This document shows positions 47,058 to 59,242 of a DNA stretch of 64,000 bases, piece by piece (positions within the stretch are counted from its first letter, which is position 1; each line of letters starts with the position of its first letter). Under the pieces are notes generated by a model. That model had not been told where the DNA came from and searched no databases. It saw nothing but the letters and a program-made list of their open reading frames with translations. The stretch lies in the NCBI RefSeq assembly GCF_056746865.1, contig NZ_CM163382.1; one strand, given 5' to 3'. Made by a program: the position numbers and the translations under genes.

Positions 47058-50000
47058 ATGAAGTTTTTACCCTATATTTTTCTTCTCTGTTGTGGTCTTT
47101 GGTCGACCATAAGTTTCGCAGACGAAGATTACATCGAATATCGTGGCATCAGTAGTAACAACCGTGTCACACTTGATCCACTACGTCTGAGCAACAAGGA
47201 ATTACGTTGGTTAGCGAGCAAGAAAAATCTTGTGATTGCAGTACACAAGTCCCAAACGGCTACGTTGTTGCATACCGATTCGCAGCAACGGGTTCGTGGT
47301 ATTAATGCTGATTATTTAAATCTGTTAAAAAGAGCGTTAAATATCAAATTAACACTCCGGGAATACGCCGATCATCAAAAAGCAATGGACGCGCTGGAAG
47401 AAGGTGAAGTCGATATAGTGTTATCACATTTAGTTGCTTCGCCGCCTCTTAATGATGACATTGCTGCAACCAAACCACTGATAATTACCTTTCCGGCGCT
47501 CGTCACCACCCTTCACGATTCAATGCGACCGCTTACCTCATCAAAACCAGTAAATATTGCTCGAGTAGCAAATTATCCCCCTGACGAGGTAATTCATCAA
47601 TCATTTCCAAAAGCAACAATTATCTCTTTTACAAATTTATATCAGGCATTAGCATCCGTCTCAGCCGGACAGAATGATTACTTTATTGGTAGTAACATCA
47701 TTACCAGCAGTATGATTTCCCGCTATTTCACTCACTCCTTAAATGTAGTGAAATATTATAACTCGCCGCGTCAATATAACTTTTTCTTAACCAGAAAAGA
47801 TTCAGTCGTTCTTAATGAAGTACTCAATCGGTTTGTTGATGCTTTAACAAATGAAGTTCGCTATGAAGTATCACAAAATTGGCTTGATACAGGAAACCTG
47901 GCCTTTCTGAACAAACCATTAGAACTGACTGAACATGAAAAACAGTGGATAAAGCAGCATCCCGATTTAAAGGTGCTGGAAAATCCTTACTCCCCTCCCT
48001 ATTCTATGACGGATGAAAATGGCTCGGTTCGGGGCGTTATGGGGGATATTCTTAATATTATTACCTTGCAAACAGGTTTAAATTTTTCTCCGATCACCGT
48101 TTCACACAATATCCATGCCGGAACACAGCTTAATCCCGGCGGATGGGATATATTACCTGGTGCTATTTATAGTGAAGATAGAGAAAATAATGTTTTATTT
48201 GCTGAAGCCTTCATAACAACGCCTTACGTTTTTGTCATGCAAAAAGCGCCTGACAGTGAACAAACATTAAAAAAAGGAATGAAAGTTGCCATTCCCTATT
48301 ATTATGAGCTTCATTCGCAATTAAAAGAGATGTATCCGGAGGTAGAGTGGATAAAAGTCGATAACGCCAGCGCTGCATTTCACAAGGTCAAGGAAGGTGA
48401 ACTTGATGCTCTGGTCGCGACACAGTTAAATTCGCGTTACATGATCGACCATTACTATCCTAATGAACTTTATCATTTTCTTATTCCCGGCGTTCAGAAT
48501 GCATCACTTTCGTTCGCTTTTCCTCGCGGAGAACCGGAACTTAAGGATATTATTAATAAAGCACTGAATGCAATTCCCCCAAGCGAAGTTCTGCGCCTGA
48601 CGGAAAAATGGATTAAAATGCCCAATGTGACCATTGACACATGGGATCTCTATAGCGAGCAGTTTTATATTGTTACGACATTATCCGTTTTATTAGTTGG
48701 CAGTAGCCTTTTATGGGGATTCTACCTGTTACGCTCAGTTCGTCGTCGTAAAGTCATTCAGGGTGATTTAGAAAACCAAATATCATTCCGGAAAGCACTC
48801 TCGACTCCTTACCGAATCCAACTTATGTCGTAAACTGGCAAGGTAATGTCATTAGTCACAATAGTGCATTTGAACATTATTTCACTGCTGATTACTACAA
48901 AAATGCAATGTTGCCATTAGAAAACAGTGAATCACCCTTTAAAGATGTTTTTTCTAATACGCATGAAGTCACAGCAGAGACGAAAGAAAATCGAACAATA
49001 TACACACAGGTATTTGAAATTGATAATGGCATCGAGAAAAGATGCATTAATCACTGGCATACATTATGCAATCTGCCAGCCAGCGATCATGCTGTTTATA
49101 TTTGTGGTTGGCAAGATATTACCGAGACGCGTGATTTAATTCATGCTCTCGAAGTAGAGAGAAATAAAGCGATCAATGCAACTGTCGCAAAAAGTCAGTT
49201 TCTGGCAACAATGAGTCACGAAATAAGAACACCAATAAGCTCCATTATGGGCTTCCTGGAACTTCTGTCGGGTTCTGGTCTTAGCAAGGAACAACGGGTG
49301 GAGGCGATTTCACTTGCCTACGCCACCGGACAATCACTCCTCGGCTTAATTGGTGAAATCCTTGATGTCGACAAAATTGAATCGGGTAACTATCAACTTC
49401 AACCACAATGGGTCGATATCCCTACTTTAGTCCAGAACACTTGTCACTCTTTCGGTGCGATTGCTGCAAGCAAATCCATCGCATTAAGTTGCAGCAGTAC
49501 GTTTCCTGAACATTACCTGGTTAAGATCGACCCTCAGGCGTTTAAGCAGGTCTTATCTAATTTACTGAGCAATGCTCTCAAATTTACCACCGAGGGGGCA
49601 GTGAAAATTACGACCTCCCTGGTTAACATTGATGACAACCACGCTGTAATCAAAATGACGATTATGGATTCTGGAAGTGGATTATCACAGGAAGAACAAC
49701 AACAACTGTTTAAACGCTATAGCCAAACAAGTGCAGGTCGTCAGCAAACAGGTTCTGGTTTAGGCTTAATGATCTGCAAAGAATTAATTAAAAACATGCA
49801 GGGTGATTTGTCATTAGAAAGTCATCCAGGCATAGGAACGACATTTACGATCACAATCCCGGTAGAAATTACCCAACAAGTGGCGACTGTCGAGGCAAAA
49901 GCAGAACAACCCATGACACTCCCTGAAAAGTTGAGCATATTAATCGCGGATGATCATCCGACCAACAGGCTATTACTCAAACGCCAGCTAAACCTATTAG

Positions 50001-50650
50001 GATATGATGTTGATGAAGCCACTGATGGTGTGCAAGCGCTACACAAAGTCAGTATGCAACATTATGATCTGCTTATTACTGACGTTAATATGCCGAATAT
50101 GGATGGTTTTGAGTTGACTCGCAAACTCCGTGAGCAAAATTCTTCCTTACCCATCTGGGGGCTTACAGCCAACGCACAGGCTAACGAACGTGAAAAAGGG
50201 TTAAATTGCGGCATGAACTTATGTTTGTTCAAACCGTTGACCCTGAATGTACTGAAAACACATTTAAGTCAGTTACACCAGGTTGCGCATATTGCACCTC
50301 AGTATCGCCACCTTGATATCGAGGCCCTGAAAAATAATACGGCGAACGATCTACAACTGATGCAGGAGATTCTCATGACTTTCCAGCATGAAACGCATAA
50401 AGATCTACCCGCTGCGTTTCATGCGTTAGAAGCTGGCGATAACAGAACTTTCCATCAGTGTATTCATCGCATCCACGGTGCGGCTAACATCCTGAATTTG
50501 CAAAAGTTGATTAATCTTAGCCATCAGTTAGAAATAACGCCCGTTTCAGATGACAGCAAGCCTGAAATTCTTAAGTTGCTGAACTCTGTTAAAGAACACA
50601 TTGCAGAGCTGGACCAGGAGATTGCTGTTTTCTGTCAACAAAATGACTAA
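47058..50650 (+). pseudogene. evgS: Hybrid sensor kinase evgS interrupted by a -1 frameshift (single G missing near 48803); reading frame split into 47058..48833 and 48803..50650
   Basis: First frame ends ...ISFRKALSTPYRIQLMS*; the +1 frame from 48803 reads DSLPNPTYVVNWQGNVISHNSAFEHYF... and continues through HisKA (ATMSHEIRTPISS), HATPase, receiver and HPt domains; 582 + 615 codons = 1197, the expected EvgS length. Confidence 0.75.
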
Positions 50651-50655
50651 ATAGC

Positions 50656-50685
50656 GGCTCCCACAATGTTCAAATGTGGGAGCTA
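50656..50685. terminator. Bidirectional terminator between evgS and yfdE
   Basis: GCTCCCACA-ATGTTCAAA-TGTGGGAGC hairpin followed by TATTT. Confidence 0.5.
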
Positions 50686-50704
50686 TTTACCAGCACATCT
50701 TAAT

Positions 50705-51850
50705 TTACGATGAGAATTCCTGGCGAATTTGTTCCCCATGCTGGTCGAGCGTTGCCGCTCCCGGCATAACATGCGGGTCCGCGCAGCCGCTGATTTTTAT
50801 CGGATTACCCGGCATCATTATTCCCCCGGCTTCAATCAACATATTTCTCGCCTGAGTTTGTGGCAAATTAATGGCCTCAGCCACACTTAATAACGGCGCT
50901 ACGGGTACACCAACTTCATGTATTCTGGCTAACCAAACTTCAGCTGCCTGTGTTTTTAACGTCCGCTCAATATATTGTTTAAGAATAGCCTGGTTTTGTA
51001 CGCGTAAAATATTGCTGATAAATCGGGGATCATCAACCAGCTCCGTCAGATCCAGTGCCTGACATAACGCAGAAAAAAGCTTGTCATTACCACAACAAAT
51101 CGTAATCGGCTTATCCTGAGTATCGAAAACATCAAAAGGTGCCATGTAGGGGTGACGATTTCCCAGACGTTGTGGTGACTTCCCAGTCGCGATATATGCC
51201 ATCAGTCCGTGCTCCAGAAAACTCAGCGTGGCATCAAACATCGCTATATCGACATGCGCCCCTCGTTGGCTCTTTTCGCGGCCATAAAGTGCACTCACTA
51301 TTCCACTGAATAAATAGACACCGCCACATAAATCCGCAAGAGAGGTACCCACGCGCACTGGCGGAGCATCAGGGTATCCCGTTTCCATCATTATCCCGCT
51401 CATTGCCTGAATGATGGTATCGTAGGCAGGAGCATCTTTTAGCGGGCCGGTATGCCCAAAACCTGACGATGAAGCATATATGAGACGCGGGTTGATTTCT
51501 TGTAGCGTTTCCCATGAAAACCCCAGTTTTTCCATTGTACCTGGGCGAAAATTCTCAGCTAATACATCCGCTTGTTTAAGCATATTTATAAATATGCTTT
51601 TATCGTGATCATTCTTTAAATCAAGAACCACACTCTCTTTGCCATGATTAATAAAACTGTAATAGAGTGACTGTCCATCCACATAGGGACCAAATGTGCG
51701 GGTATCATCACCATGACCCGGCGGCTCAACTTTAATTACCCTTGCGCCCATATTACAAAGAAGTTGAGTTCCGAAAGGTCCATTAAGGACATGTGTCATA
51801 TCGATAACTAATAAGCCTTCAAACGGCCCTTTGCATTCATTATTTGTCAT
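50705..51850 (-). CDS. yfdE: Acetyl-CoA:oxalate CoA-transferase YfdE (CaiB/BaiF family III CoA-transferase)
   Basis: ORF contains MTNNECKGPFEGLLVIDMTHVLNGPFGTQLL; start trimmed to ATG 51850. Confidence 0.88.
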   Translation of the reverse strand: MTNNECKGPFEGLLVIDMTHVLNGPFGTQLLCNMGARVIKVEPPGHGDDTRTFGPYVDGQSLYYSFINHGKESVVLDLKNDHDKSIFINMLKQADVLAENFRPGTMEKLGFSWETLQEINPRLIYASSSGFGHTGPLKDAPAYDTIIQAMSGIMMETGYPDAPPVRVGTSLADLCGGVYLFSGIVSALYGREKSQRGAHVDIAMFDATLSFLEHGLMAYIATGKSPQRLGNRHPYMAPFDVFDTQDKPITICCGNDKLFSALCQALDLTELVDDPRFISNILRVQNQAILKQYIERTLKTQAAEVWLARIHEVGVPVAPLLSVAEAINLPQTQARNMLIEAGGIMMPGNPIKISGCADPHVMPGAATLDQHGEQIRQEFSS

Positions 51851-51923
51851 TTGCTTATGCCTTGAAAAAAGCCGAAGGTGAAAAGACACTTCGGCATTTA
51901 TGTAAAATCAATAACATGATTAA

Positions 51924-52868
51924 TTATGAAACCAGTCGACTGACATAAATCCACAAAGGAGCCGTGACGACAAAGCCCAGTACGCTCACAGCCAGTGACG
52001 CTGTACCAGTGCGGGTGTAGACATTAAACCGGCTGGCAATAATGATTCCGGAGAATGCCGGCGGTAAGGCGCCTGCCAGTACCATCATCTGCAAATGTTC
52101 GCTGTTCAAATGACATGCCATACCAACGAGAAGCAGCGCCAGTGGCATCAGAATTAGCTTCAGGAAGGTGTTATAAGCAATTTCGGCACTGAACTCGAAT
52201 TTATGTGCAGCCAGAGTCAACCCCGCAGCGAATACCGCCACCCCTGAGTTTGCCTTCGCAATCAGATTAAAGGTTGGGTCCCATGCTGCCGGAATTTTTA
52301 CCCCAACCAACACCAGGATCGTTGCCAGAACAGGTGCCCATACTACTGGCTCCTTTGCCGCAGAAATTAATGCGCTCAGATTACTATTCTTCTTACCATC
52401 CGCTCCTGAGGAAGGATTCAGCAAATACAGACCAATAGGAATAGTAATTGCGTTAACAATAATAGAAATAATTGCTACCACTAAACCTGTTGATACGGAA
52501 TCGCCATAAATAGGATCGAGAACTGCAAATCCCAGGAATCCGATGGTAGGTGAACCTGCAATTAATGCACATACTGCTGCTTCTGCATGAGTACGTTTAA
52601 AAAATTTGTAGCAACCAAACCAGGAGAAAAAGAAACATCCGACAATAACCACAAGTGATACAAGGGTCAGGCGAGTGTCCGCAAAAATCATTTCCCTGTT
52701 TGCCCGGGTAATAGAAACAAATAGGGCCGCAGGAAGAGCGTAGTTTAATACCAGTTTATTAAATGCCCGGGCTTGATCTTCTGAAAAAGTTTCTCGTCTG
52801 CCGCTAAAATAACCCAACAGCATGATTACGATAATAGGCAATAAATCGCCAATAAAAAATGTTAGCAT
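51924..52868 (-). CDS. yfdV: AEC-family (auxin efflux carrier-like) transporter YfdV
   Basis: 314-aa polytopic membrane [26 protein letters not shown]. Confidence 0.85.
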
Positions 52869-52936
52869 AATAGTATTTCCGATAAGGGTCCCCTCACCAT
52901 CGATAATGAGTTGGCAAGAGGAGACGATGTCAGTAT

Positions 52937-54631
52937 TTAATTACCAGCGACTTGTTTTGGGTTAAGTTTGGTAATATGGCCACTTTCAGTTCCTGCTGCA
53001 GGGTCGATGACCACATTAATAATGGTCGGTTTGCGCGACTGAATACCGGTGGTTAAAGCATGACGAAGTTCATCTGTCGTAGTGACGTTATAGCCAACGC
53101 CACGAAACGCATCCATTAATTTGTCATACCTTGCATGGTGCAATAGATCTGTTGGTGATGGTGCACCAGCGCCACTGAGATCAACACCGTCTCCTCTGTA
53201 GATGCCGCCATTATTAAAAATAACGATCGTCACCGGCAGGTTATATCGACAAATCGTTTCAATCTCCATCCCACTGAAGCCAAAAGCACTATCACCTTCA
53301 ATGGCGACAACCGGAGAACCAGAGGTCACGCTAGCACCGATGGCATAGCCCATACCGATGCCCATGACACCCCAGGTACCACAATCCAGACGGCGACGTG
53401 GTTTATACATATCAATAATATTTCGTGCATTATCCAGGGTATTTGCACCTTCATTAACTAAATAAATATCCTGGTTCTCGCGCAATACATCGCGCACAGC
53501 ACTTAATGCATTAAAGTAATTTAATGGTTGAGTATCTGTACTTAATTTTTCATGCATTTTTTGTGCATTTTGCTGCTTGTGGATATTTAAAATATCGCGC
53601 CATACCAGTGGAGTCGTAAATGTGTTTTGTTTCAGTTCTGCCAGCATACCTTGCATACTGGATGCAATATCGCCAACGACTGGCACAGCAATGGGGCGGT
53701 TGCTGTCAATTTCCTGCGGTTCAATATCCAGTTGAATAAACTGTGTATCTGCCGCCCATCCTTTTTTACCGTGTGCCAGTAACCAATTCAGTCGTGCACC
53801 AACAAGCATGACAACGTCAGCATTTGCCAGGGCAAACGAACGCGCAGTTGCCGCAGAAAGTGGATGTGTATCTTCGAGGATCCCTTTCGCCATAGACATT
53901 GGCAGGAATGGAATCTGGGCACTTTCAATAAATTCACGAAGCTGTTCATCCGCTTGTGAATACGCCGCGCCTTTGCCAAGGATAACTAATGGTCGTTCAG
54001 CTTTTGCTAAAAGCGAAATTGCGCTAGCGACTGACTTCGGGCATGGCAATAATGCTGGCGACGGATTTTCAACTTTTACAATCGTGGTTAACGCTTCGTC
54101 TTTTTCCATCGTCGCGGCCAGGACATTTGCAGGCAAATCAAGATAAACTCCGCCAGGGCGACCCGATACTGAGACCCGGATAGCGCGTGCCAATGCAATG
54201 CCAAGATCCTGCGGCTGATTAACGCGAAATGCTGCTTTGGCATACGGTTTTGCCGCATTCATTTGGTCCAGCTCTTCATAATCACCTTGCTGTAGGTCGA
54301 CGATCGCGCGGTCGCTGGAGCCGCTAATCATGATCATCGGAAAACCATTTACCGTTGCGTTGGCCAATGCGGTCAAACCATTGAGGAATCCTGGCGCAGA
54401 AACTGTCAGGCAGATCCCCGGTTTTTGGGTAAGAAAACCGCTTGCCGCAGCGGCATAGCCTGCCGACTGCTCATGACGAAAACCAATATAACGAATGCCT
54501 TCCGCCTGGGCATGGCGTGCCATATCCGTCACAGGAATACCTACAACACCATAAATAGTGTCAATATCATTCTGTTTTAATGCTTCAACGATGATATGCA
54601 TACCATCTGTCATTTGAAGTTGATCTGACAT
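52937..54631 (-). CDS. oxc: Oxalyl-CoA decarboxylase (ThDP-dependent)
   Basis: 564-aa ORF with ThDP-binding region ([31 protein letters not shown]). Confidence 0.92.
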
Positions 54632-54684
54632 GATTAATAACCTCGAAATTTTTATAAATTGGGAGCCAGAAGCCCCCGTTAATA

Positions 54685-55935
54685 TCAGATGGCGTGGTTT
54701 TGCTTCATTGCAGCAATTTCATCGTCGCTATAACCCAGCTCCTGCAATACAGCAGCGGTATGTTCACCTAATAGCGGCGCAGCTTTAATATCCGGCGTAA
54801 AGGCAGAGAATTTCATTGGACAACCAACTGTCAGATATTTTCCACGCAACGGTTGTTCCACTTCAACAACACTGCCACTTTGGCGCAAAGAGGGATCAAG
54901 TGAAATTTCTTTCATACTTAAAACCGGTGCACAAGGAATATCAAACTGAGTCAAATAGGCCACCGCTTCATGTTTATCAATAGTGACAGTGTATTTTTCG
55001 ATTTCAGCAAAAATATCGAAAATATGTGGCTGTCGGGCATGGGCTGTACTGTATGCCGGATCGGTAATCCAATCTGGTTTGCCGATGGCTTTACAGGTGT
55101 TTTCCCAGTTTTGCTCCTGAATAGTGAAATAAATATAGGCGTTAGGATCGGTTTCCCAGCCTTTACATTTCAGGATCCAGCCAGGCTGACCGCCACCACC
55201 CGCATTACCTCCGCGGGGAACTGCATCACCAAATGTGCCATTCGGATACTGCGGGTATTCTTCCAGATAACCCAATTTATCGAGACGCTGCTGGTCGCGT
55301 AATTTCACGCGGCAAAGGTTCAATACGGCATCCTGCATTGACATGGTGACTCGTTGCCCACGCCCCGTTTTTTCACGATGCAGCAAAGCAGCAAGTAAAC
55401 CGATCAGTAAATGCATTCCGGTGTTGCTGTCACCCAACGCTGCAGCGCTTACCAGCGGCGGACCGTCCCAAAAACCCGTAGTGGATGCCGCGCCACCCGC
55501 TGCCTGAGCAACGTTTTCATAGGCTTTTACATTCACATAAGGCGAACACTCATCAAACCCTTTGATCGAACCAAAAATCAGACGTGGATTGATTTCTTGA
55601 ATATGCTCCCAGGTGAAGCCCATGTGATCAATAGCCCCAGGATGAAAGTTCTCGACTAAGATATCAGCTTCGCGGATCAGCTTTTCCATTACCTCTTTGC
55701 CTTCCGCTGTTTTGGTATTTAATTCAATAGAACGTTTGTTACTGTTAAGCATGGTGAAGTAAAGCGCATCGATATCAGGAATATCTCGCAGCTGGTGACG
55801 CGTTACGTCACCAACGCCGGGACGTTCAATTTTAATGACGTCAGCGCCAAACCAGGCCAGCATTTGAGTACAAGATGGGCCAGATTGCACACCGGTGAAA
55901 TCGAGAACTTTAATTCCTTGAAGTGGAGTTGACAT
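54685..55935 (-). CDS. frc: Formyl-CoA:oxalate CoA-transferase
   Basis: 416-aa [46 protein letters not shown], family III CoA-transferase. Confidence 0.92.
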   Translation of the reverse strand: MSTPLQGIKVLDFTGVQSGPSCTQMLAWFGADVIKIERPGVGDVTRHQLRDIPDIDALYFTMLNSNKRSIELNTKTAEGKEVMEKLIREADILVENFHPGAIDHMGFTWEHIQEINPRLIFGSIKGFDECSPYVNVKAYENVAQAAGGAASTTGFWDGPPLVSAAALGDSNTGMHLLIGLLAALLHREKTGRGQRVTMSMQDAVLNLCRVKLRDQQRLDKLGYLEEYPQYPNGTFGDAVPRGGNAGGGGQPGWILKCKGWETDPNAYIYFTIQEQNWENTCKAIGKPDWITDPAYSTAHARQPHIFDIFAEIEKYTVTIDKHEAVAYLTQFDIPCAPVLSMKEISLDPSLRQSGSVVEVEQPLRGKYLTVGCPMKFSAFTPDIKAAPLLGEHTAAVLQELGYSDDEIAAMKQNHAI

Positions 55936-56185
55936 AGCAATACCTATTAGTTAATTAAATATGTGTTAATTTAGCGTTTATTTAAGACATAACGCCTCTA
56001 TAAATAATCCGCAAAATATCGTCGTAGCTGCACTCGATATTTTTAAATTCCTGTATCAAGTACTGAAAATCATTTCATCGCTACTTCCAATTCCTTTCTG
56101 CATGGTAAGTAGTGAGGACGAAAAGAAGAATATGATAAATATTGGTTCGCGGTAATCAGAGAGAGCCGCGACATTTGTGATGTTA

Positions 56186-56203
56186 TTCTTACAACTGTAA
56201 GAA
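56186..56203. promoter_or_regulatory. Perfect 18-bp palindrome TTCTTACAACTGTAAGAA upstream of frc (EvgA-box-like)
   Basis: Exact inverted repeat TTCTTACA-AC-TGTAAGAA about 250 bp upstream of the frc start. Confidence 0.55.
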
Positions 56204-56446
56204 GCGCCGGTGATTTACAAGTAAGGGTATGATTACGCTTTTTAAAGCGTACCATAAAACATAACATAATAAATGATTTGTGATGACACGGGATTATTGC
56301 GGTTTACTTTGAGGAAGATAAAATGCGAGTTTATAGAACCGCGAGCGCCAAATAATTTTATGACCACAATCTGTCGTATTGTGGTCATAAAAAATTGTCG
56401 GCTGGAGGGAGTTAAATCCTTTACCTCAATATACTGCCTGTCAGCA

Positions 56447-57079
56447 TTAGTTCACAAACAGTGCTTCGCTATCGACGATGATTCCATCTTCCGCACCTTT
56501 AAGCGCCAGGTTTGCCTCGTAGTATTGCTTTTTATCAAGCAGTTTCTGCGCATCAGCAAGTGCATTACGAGTCTGTTTGAGCGGCATCAGATATTGGTTT
56601 TCCATTACGCCAACACCGGCCAGGCGAAGCTCTTCCATTGCGCCCTTTTTATCCCCTTTCGCCATTTTTTCGTTGGCAATTTTTATCGCGGCTTCTTTTT
56701 CGGGTGTCGCTACATAACTCTCAGAAATTCCGATAGATGCATTAATGACAATATATTGGTCATCATTGACATTGGTTTTTTTTCCTGGCTTAGCGAACTT
56801 TGCCCATTCGGTACTGTCATCTGACAACAAAGCTGAAGCTTCATTGGTCAGTTCTTTTGCCTTTTCCGGATCGCCATGAAACAGAGCCAGGCGCGCTACC
56901 TGCACGTCACGCATCGCATATAAACCTTGTTCAGAGATACGCTCTGCTGCTGCCGTTTTCTGGGTTTGCTGAACTTGCTGAGTTTGCTGTTGTGCCGCTA
57001 CCGGTGCATTATCAGCCGCCCATACAGTTGAAGATGCCAGAATTGCTGTGACCATCGTAGCCATAATTAAACGTTTCAT
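56447..57079 (-). CDS. yfdX: YfdX-family periplasmic protein
   Basis: 210-aa ORF with signal peptide [21 protein letters not shown]; first gene of the yfdX-frc-oxc-yfdV-yfdE cluster. Confidence 0.88.
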   Translation of the reverse strand: MKRLIMATMVTAILASSTVWAADNAPVAAQQQTQQVQQTQKTAAAERISEQGLYAMRDVQVARLALFHGDPEKAKELTNEASALLSDDSTEWAKFAKPGKKTNVNDDQYIVINASIGISESYVATPEKEAAIKIANEKMAKGDKKGAMEELRLAGVGVMENQYLMPLKQTRNALADAQKLLDKKQYYEANLALKGAEDGIIVDSEALFVN

Positions 57080-57176
57080 ACTTACCTCATTCTTTAACAG
57101 TTTTAGAAAACGCCGCCATCATATTGGGTGAGTATGAAATGAGAAATCAGAGAGCAACGGTCATTTTGAAAGGGTT

Positions 57177-57232
57177 ATCTTACAGTTGTAGTTATTATCG
57201 CAAGAAGTATTTTAGTCTTACAATTGTAGGAA
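57177..57232. promoter_or_regulatory. Two EvgA-box-like inverted repeats upstream of yfdX
   Basis: TCTTACAGTTGTAG (57177-57190) and TCTTACAATTGTAGGAA (57216-57232), 100-150 bp upstream of yfdX. Confidence 0.5.
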
Positions 57233-57374
57233 TATGCTTCCTGTCACAGAGAACTATTCTTATATACCAAAAAGAGATGTCATTTATTATATCGATGTAA
57301 ATACTGATTAATTATATGTAAATACAGCAATAACGTCGTAGGTTTTCAGTGAACCATTTTCAGGATAACTTTCT

Positions 57375-57650
57375 ATGAAAGTAAACTTAATGCTTTTTAG
57401 CTTATTTTTATTGGTCTCTATTATGGCATGCAATGTTTTTGCATTTTCTATTTCTGGTGGTGGTAGTGAGGCGAGCTATAAAGAGACGGAAAAAACGTCA
57501 GCGATGACGACCACACACTCTACAAAACTTCAGCCATCACAGGCGATTTTGTTTAAGATGAGAGAAGATGCGCCACCATTAAATCTCACAGAAGACATTA
57601 CGCCCCCTTTTTCGACAAAGGCGAATTATCTTATTCATCCTGTGCGATAG
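57375..57650 (+). CDS. ypdI: Small lipoprotein/secreted protein YpdI
   Basis: 91-aa ORF with signal peptide MKVNLMLFSLFLLVSIMACNVFA. Confidence 0.75.
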   Translation: MKVNLMLFSLFLLVSIMACNVFAFSISGGGSEASYKETEKTSAMTTTHSTKLQPSQAILFKMREDAPPLNLTEDITPPFSTKANYLIHPVR

Positions 57651-57726
57651 CGTCTGTCACATGGCAGGTGAACAATCATGTCTGATGCTGATGTGAACAC
57701 CTGCCCAAATGAACCATCCTGACCCA

Positions 57727-57969
57727 CTACCGCCTGCCATAGCCCACCATAAAGCGAATCATCAAGCCACAAGCCGGGGCAAGAAATATAAATATCCCCG
57801 TCACCAGTTCATTACCGCCAGTTAACCACATGGTGAAGTAATAAATGAGTGCAGCGAGGATCACCATGCCGAAGAAAGAAGAGACCGCCGATACCACGTT
57901 CAGGACCTGACCAATGTAGCCGCTTACGCAGACAATACACAGGGCGAGAAACATCCATAAATAAATCAT
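57727..57969 (-). CDS. yfdY: Small inner-membrane protein YfdY
   Basis: 80-aa two-TM ORF MIYLWMFLALCIVCVSGYIGQVLNVV. Confidence 0.75.
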   Translation of the reverse strand: MIYLWMFLALCIVCVSGYIGQVLNVVSAVSSFFGMVILAALIYYFTMWLTGGNELVTGIFIFLAPACGLMIRFMVGYGRR

Positions 57970-58321
57970 AGCTCAACCTCCTGCCGCGCTAAAAAACCTG
58001 TAACTTCAGTCACTTTAATAGTAAGACAATCCTTAACCTCTGGCAATTTTTGCTAAGCATCAATGAAAACAGCACCTTAAATGCAACACTATTGCGTGGG
58101 GAAAACTTTTTACTTTGCACGATTAATAATCAGTAGCTGAAAGCAGTCAGCCAGTGATAAAGTAGAGCCACCGCATTCATGCTCCTCGTGGTTATGTCCT
58201 GACTAGTCTTTACACTCTTTACAGGAACCATTGTCGTACATGATGGCCCAACCAATTGAGTGTACCGCTGTCGACATGGAATCTTCTGCGATACAACAAT
58301 TCGTATCTACAGAAGGTAACT

Positions 58322-59242
58322 ATGTTTCCACAATGCAAATTTTCCCGCGAGTTTCTACATCCTCGCTACTGGCTCACATGGTTTGGGCTTGGTGTACTCT
58401 GGCTTTGGGTACAGCTTCCTTATCCTGTTCTCTGCTTTCTCGGCACGCGTATTGGCGCAATAGCGCGACCATTCCTGAAACGGCGTGAATCTATCGCCCG
58501 TAAAAACCTGGAACTTTGTTTCCCACAGCATTCTGCGGAAGAACGCGAGAAGATGATTGCCGAAAACTTTCGTTCACTCGGCATGGCGCTGGTAGAAACC
58601 GGCATGGCGTGGTTCTGGCCCGACAGTCGCGTACGTAAATGGTTTGATGTTGAAGGGTTGGATAACCTTAAACGCGCACAAATGCAAAATCGCGGCGTAA
58701 TGGTTGTCGGCGTCCATTTTATGTCGCTGGAACTGGGCGGCCGCGTGATGGGACTGTGCCAACCAATGATGGCTACCTATCGTCCACATAATAATCAGCT
58801 GATGGAATGGGTGCAGACCCGTGGGCGCATGCGCTCTAACAAAGCGATGATCGGCAGAAATAATCTGCGCGGCATTGTCGGTGCACTGAAGAAAGGTGAA
58901 GCGGTATGGTTTGCTCCCGATCAGGATTATGGTCGTAAAGGCAGCTCCTTCGCGCCGTTCTTTGCGGTGGAAAATGTCGCCACAACCAATGGTACGTATG
59001 TCCTTTCACGTCTCTCTGGCGCAGCCATGTTAACCGTAACGATGGTAAGAAAAGCGGATTACAGCGGATATCGTTTGTACATCACCCCAGAGATGGAAGG
59101 CTACCCGGCAGATGAAAATCAAGCCGCTGCCTATATGAACAAGATTATCGAAAAAGAGATCATGCGCGCACCGGAGCAGTACCTCTGGATCCACCGTCGC
59201 TTTAAAACGCGCCCGGTGGGAGAATCGTCGCTATACATTTAA
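58322..59242 (+). CDS. lpxP: Lipid A biosynthesis palmitoleoyltransferase LpxP (cold-induced LpxL paralog)
   Basis: ORF contains MFPQCKFSREFLHPRYWLTWFGLGVLWLW and lysophospholipid acyltransferase-like core; start at ATG 58322 (306 aa). Confidence 0.9.
   Translation: MFPQCKFSREFLHPRYWLTWFGLGVLWLWVQLPYPVLCFLGTRIGAIARPFLKRRESIARKNLELCFPQHSAEEREKMIAENFRSLGMALVETGMAWFWPDSRVRKWFDVEGLDNLKRAQMQNRGVMVVGVHFMSLELGGRVMGLCQPMMATYRPHNNQLMEWVQTRGRMRSNKAMIGRNNLRGIVGALKKGEAVWFAPDQDYGRKGSSFAPFFAVENVATTNGTYVLSRLSGAAMLTVTMVRKADYSGYRLYITPEMEGYPADENQAAAYMNKIIEKEIMRAPEQYLWIHRRFKTRPVGESSLYI

Noticed and set aside
48908-50650. 580-aa ORF as an independent histidine kinase gene
   Set aside because: It is the continuation of evgS after the frameshift; the frame is open upstream to 48803 and joins the N-terminal part into a 1197-aa EvgS when one base is restored.
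56273-56824. 183-aa plus-strand ORF
   Set aside because: Overlaps yfdX on the opposite strand and extends into the intergenic region; no recognisable domain; yfdX has a signal peptide and conserved family features.
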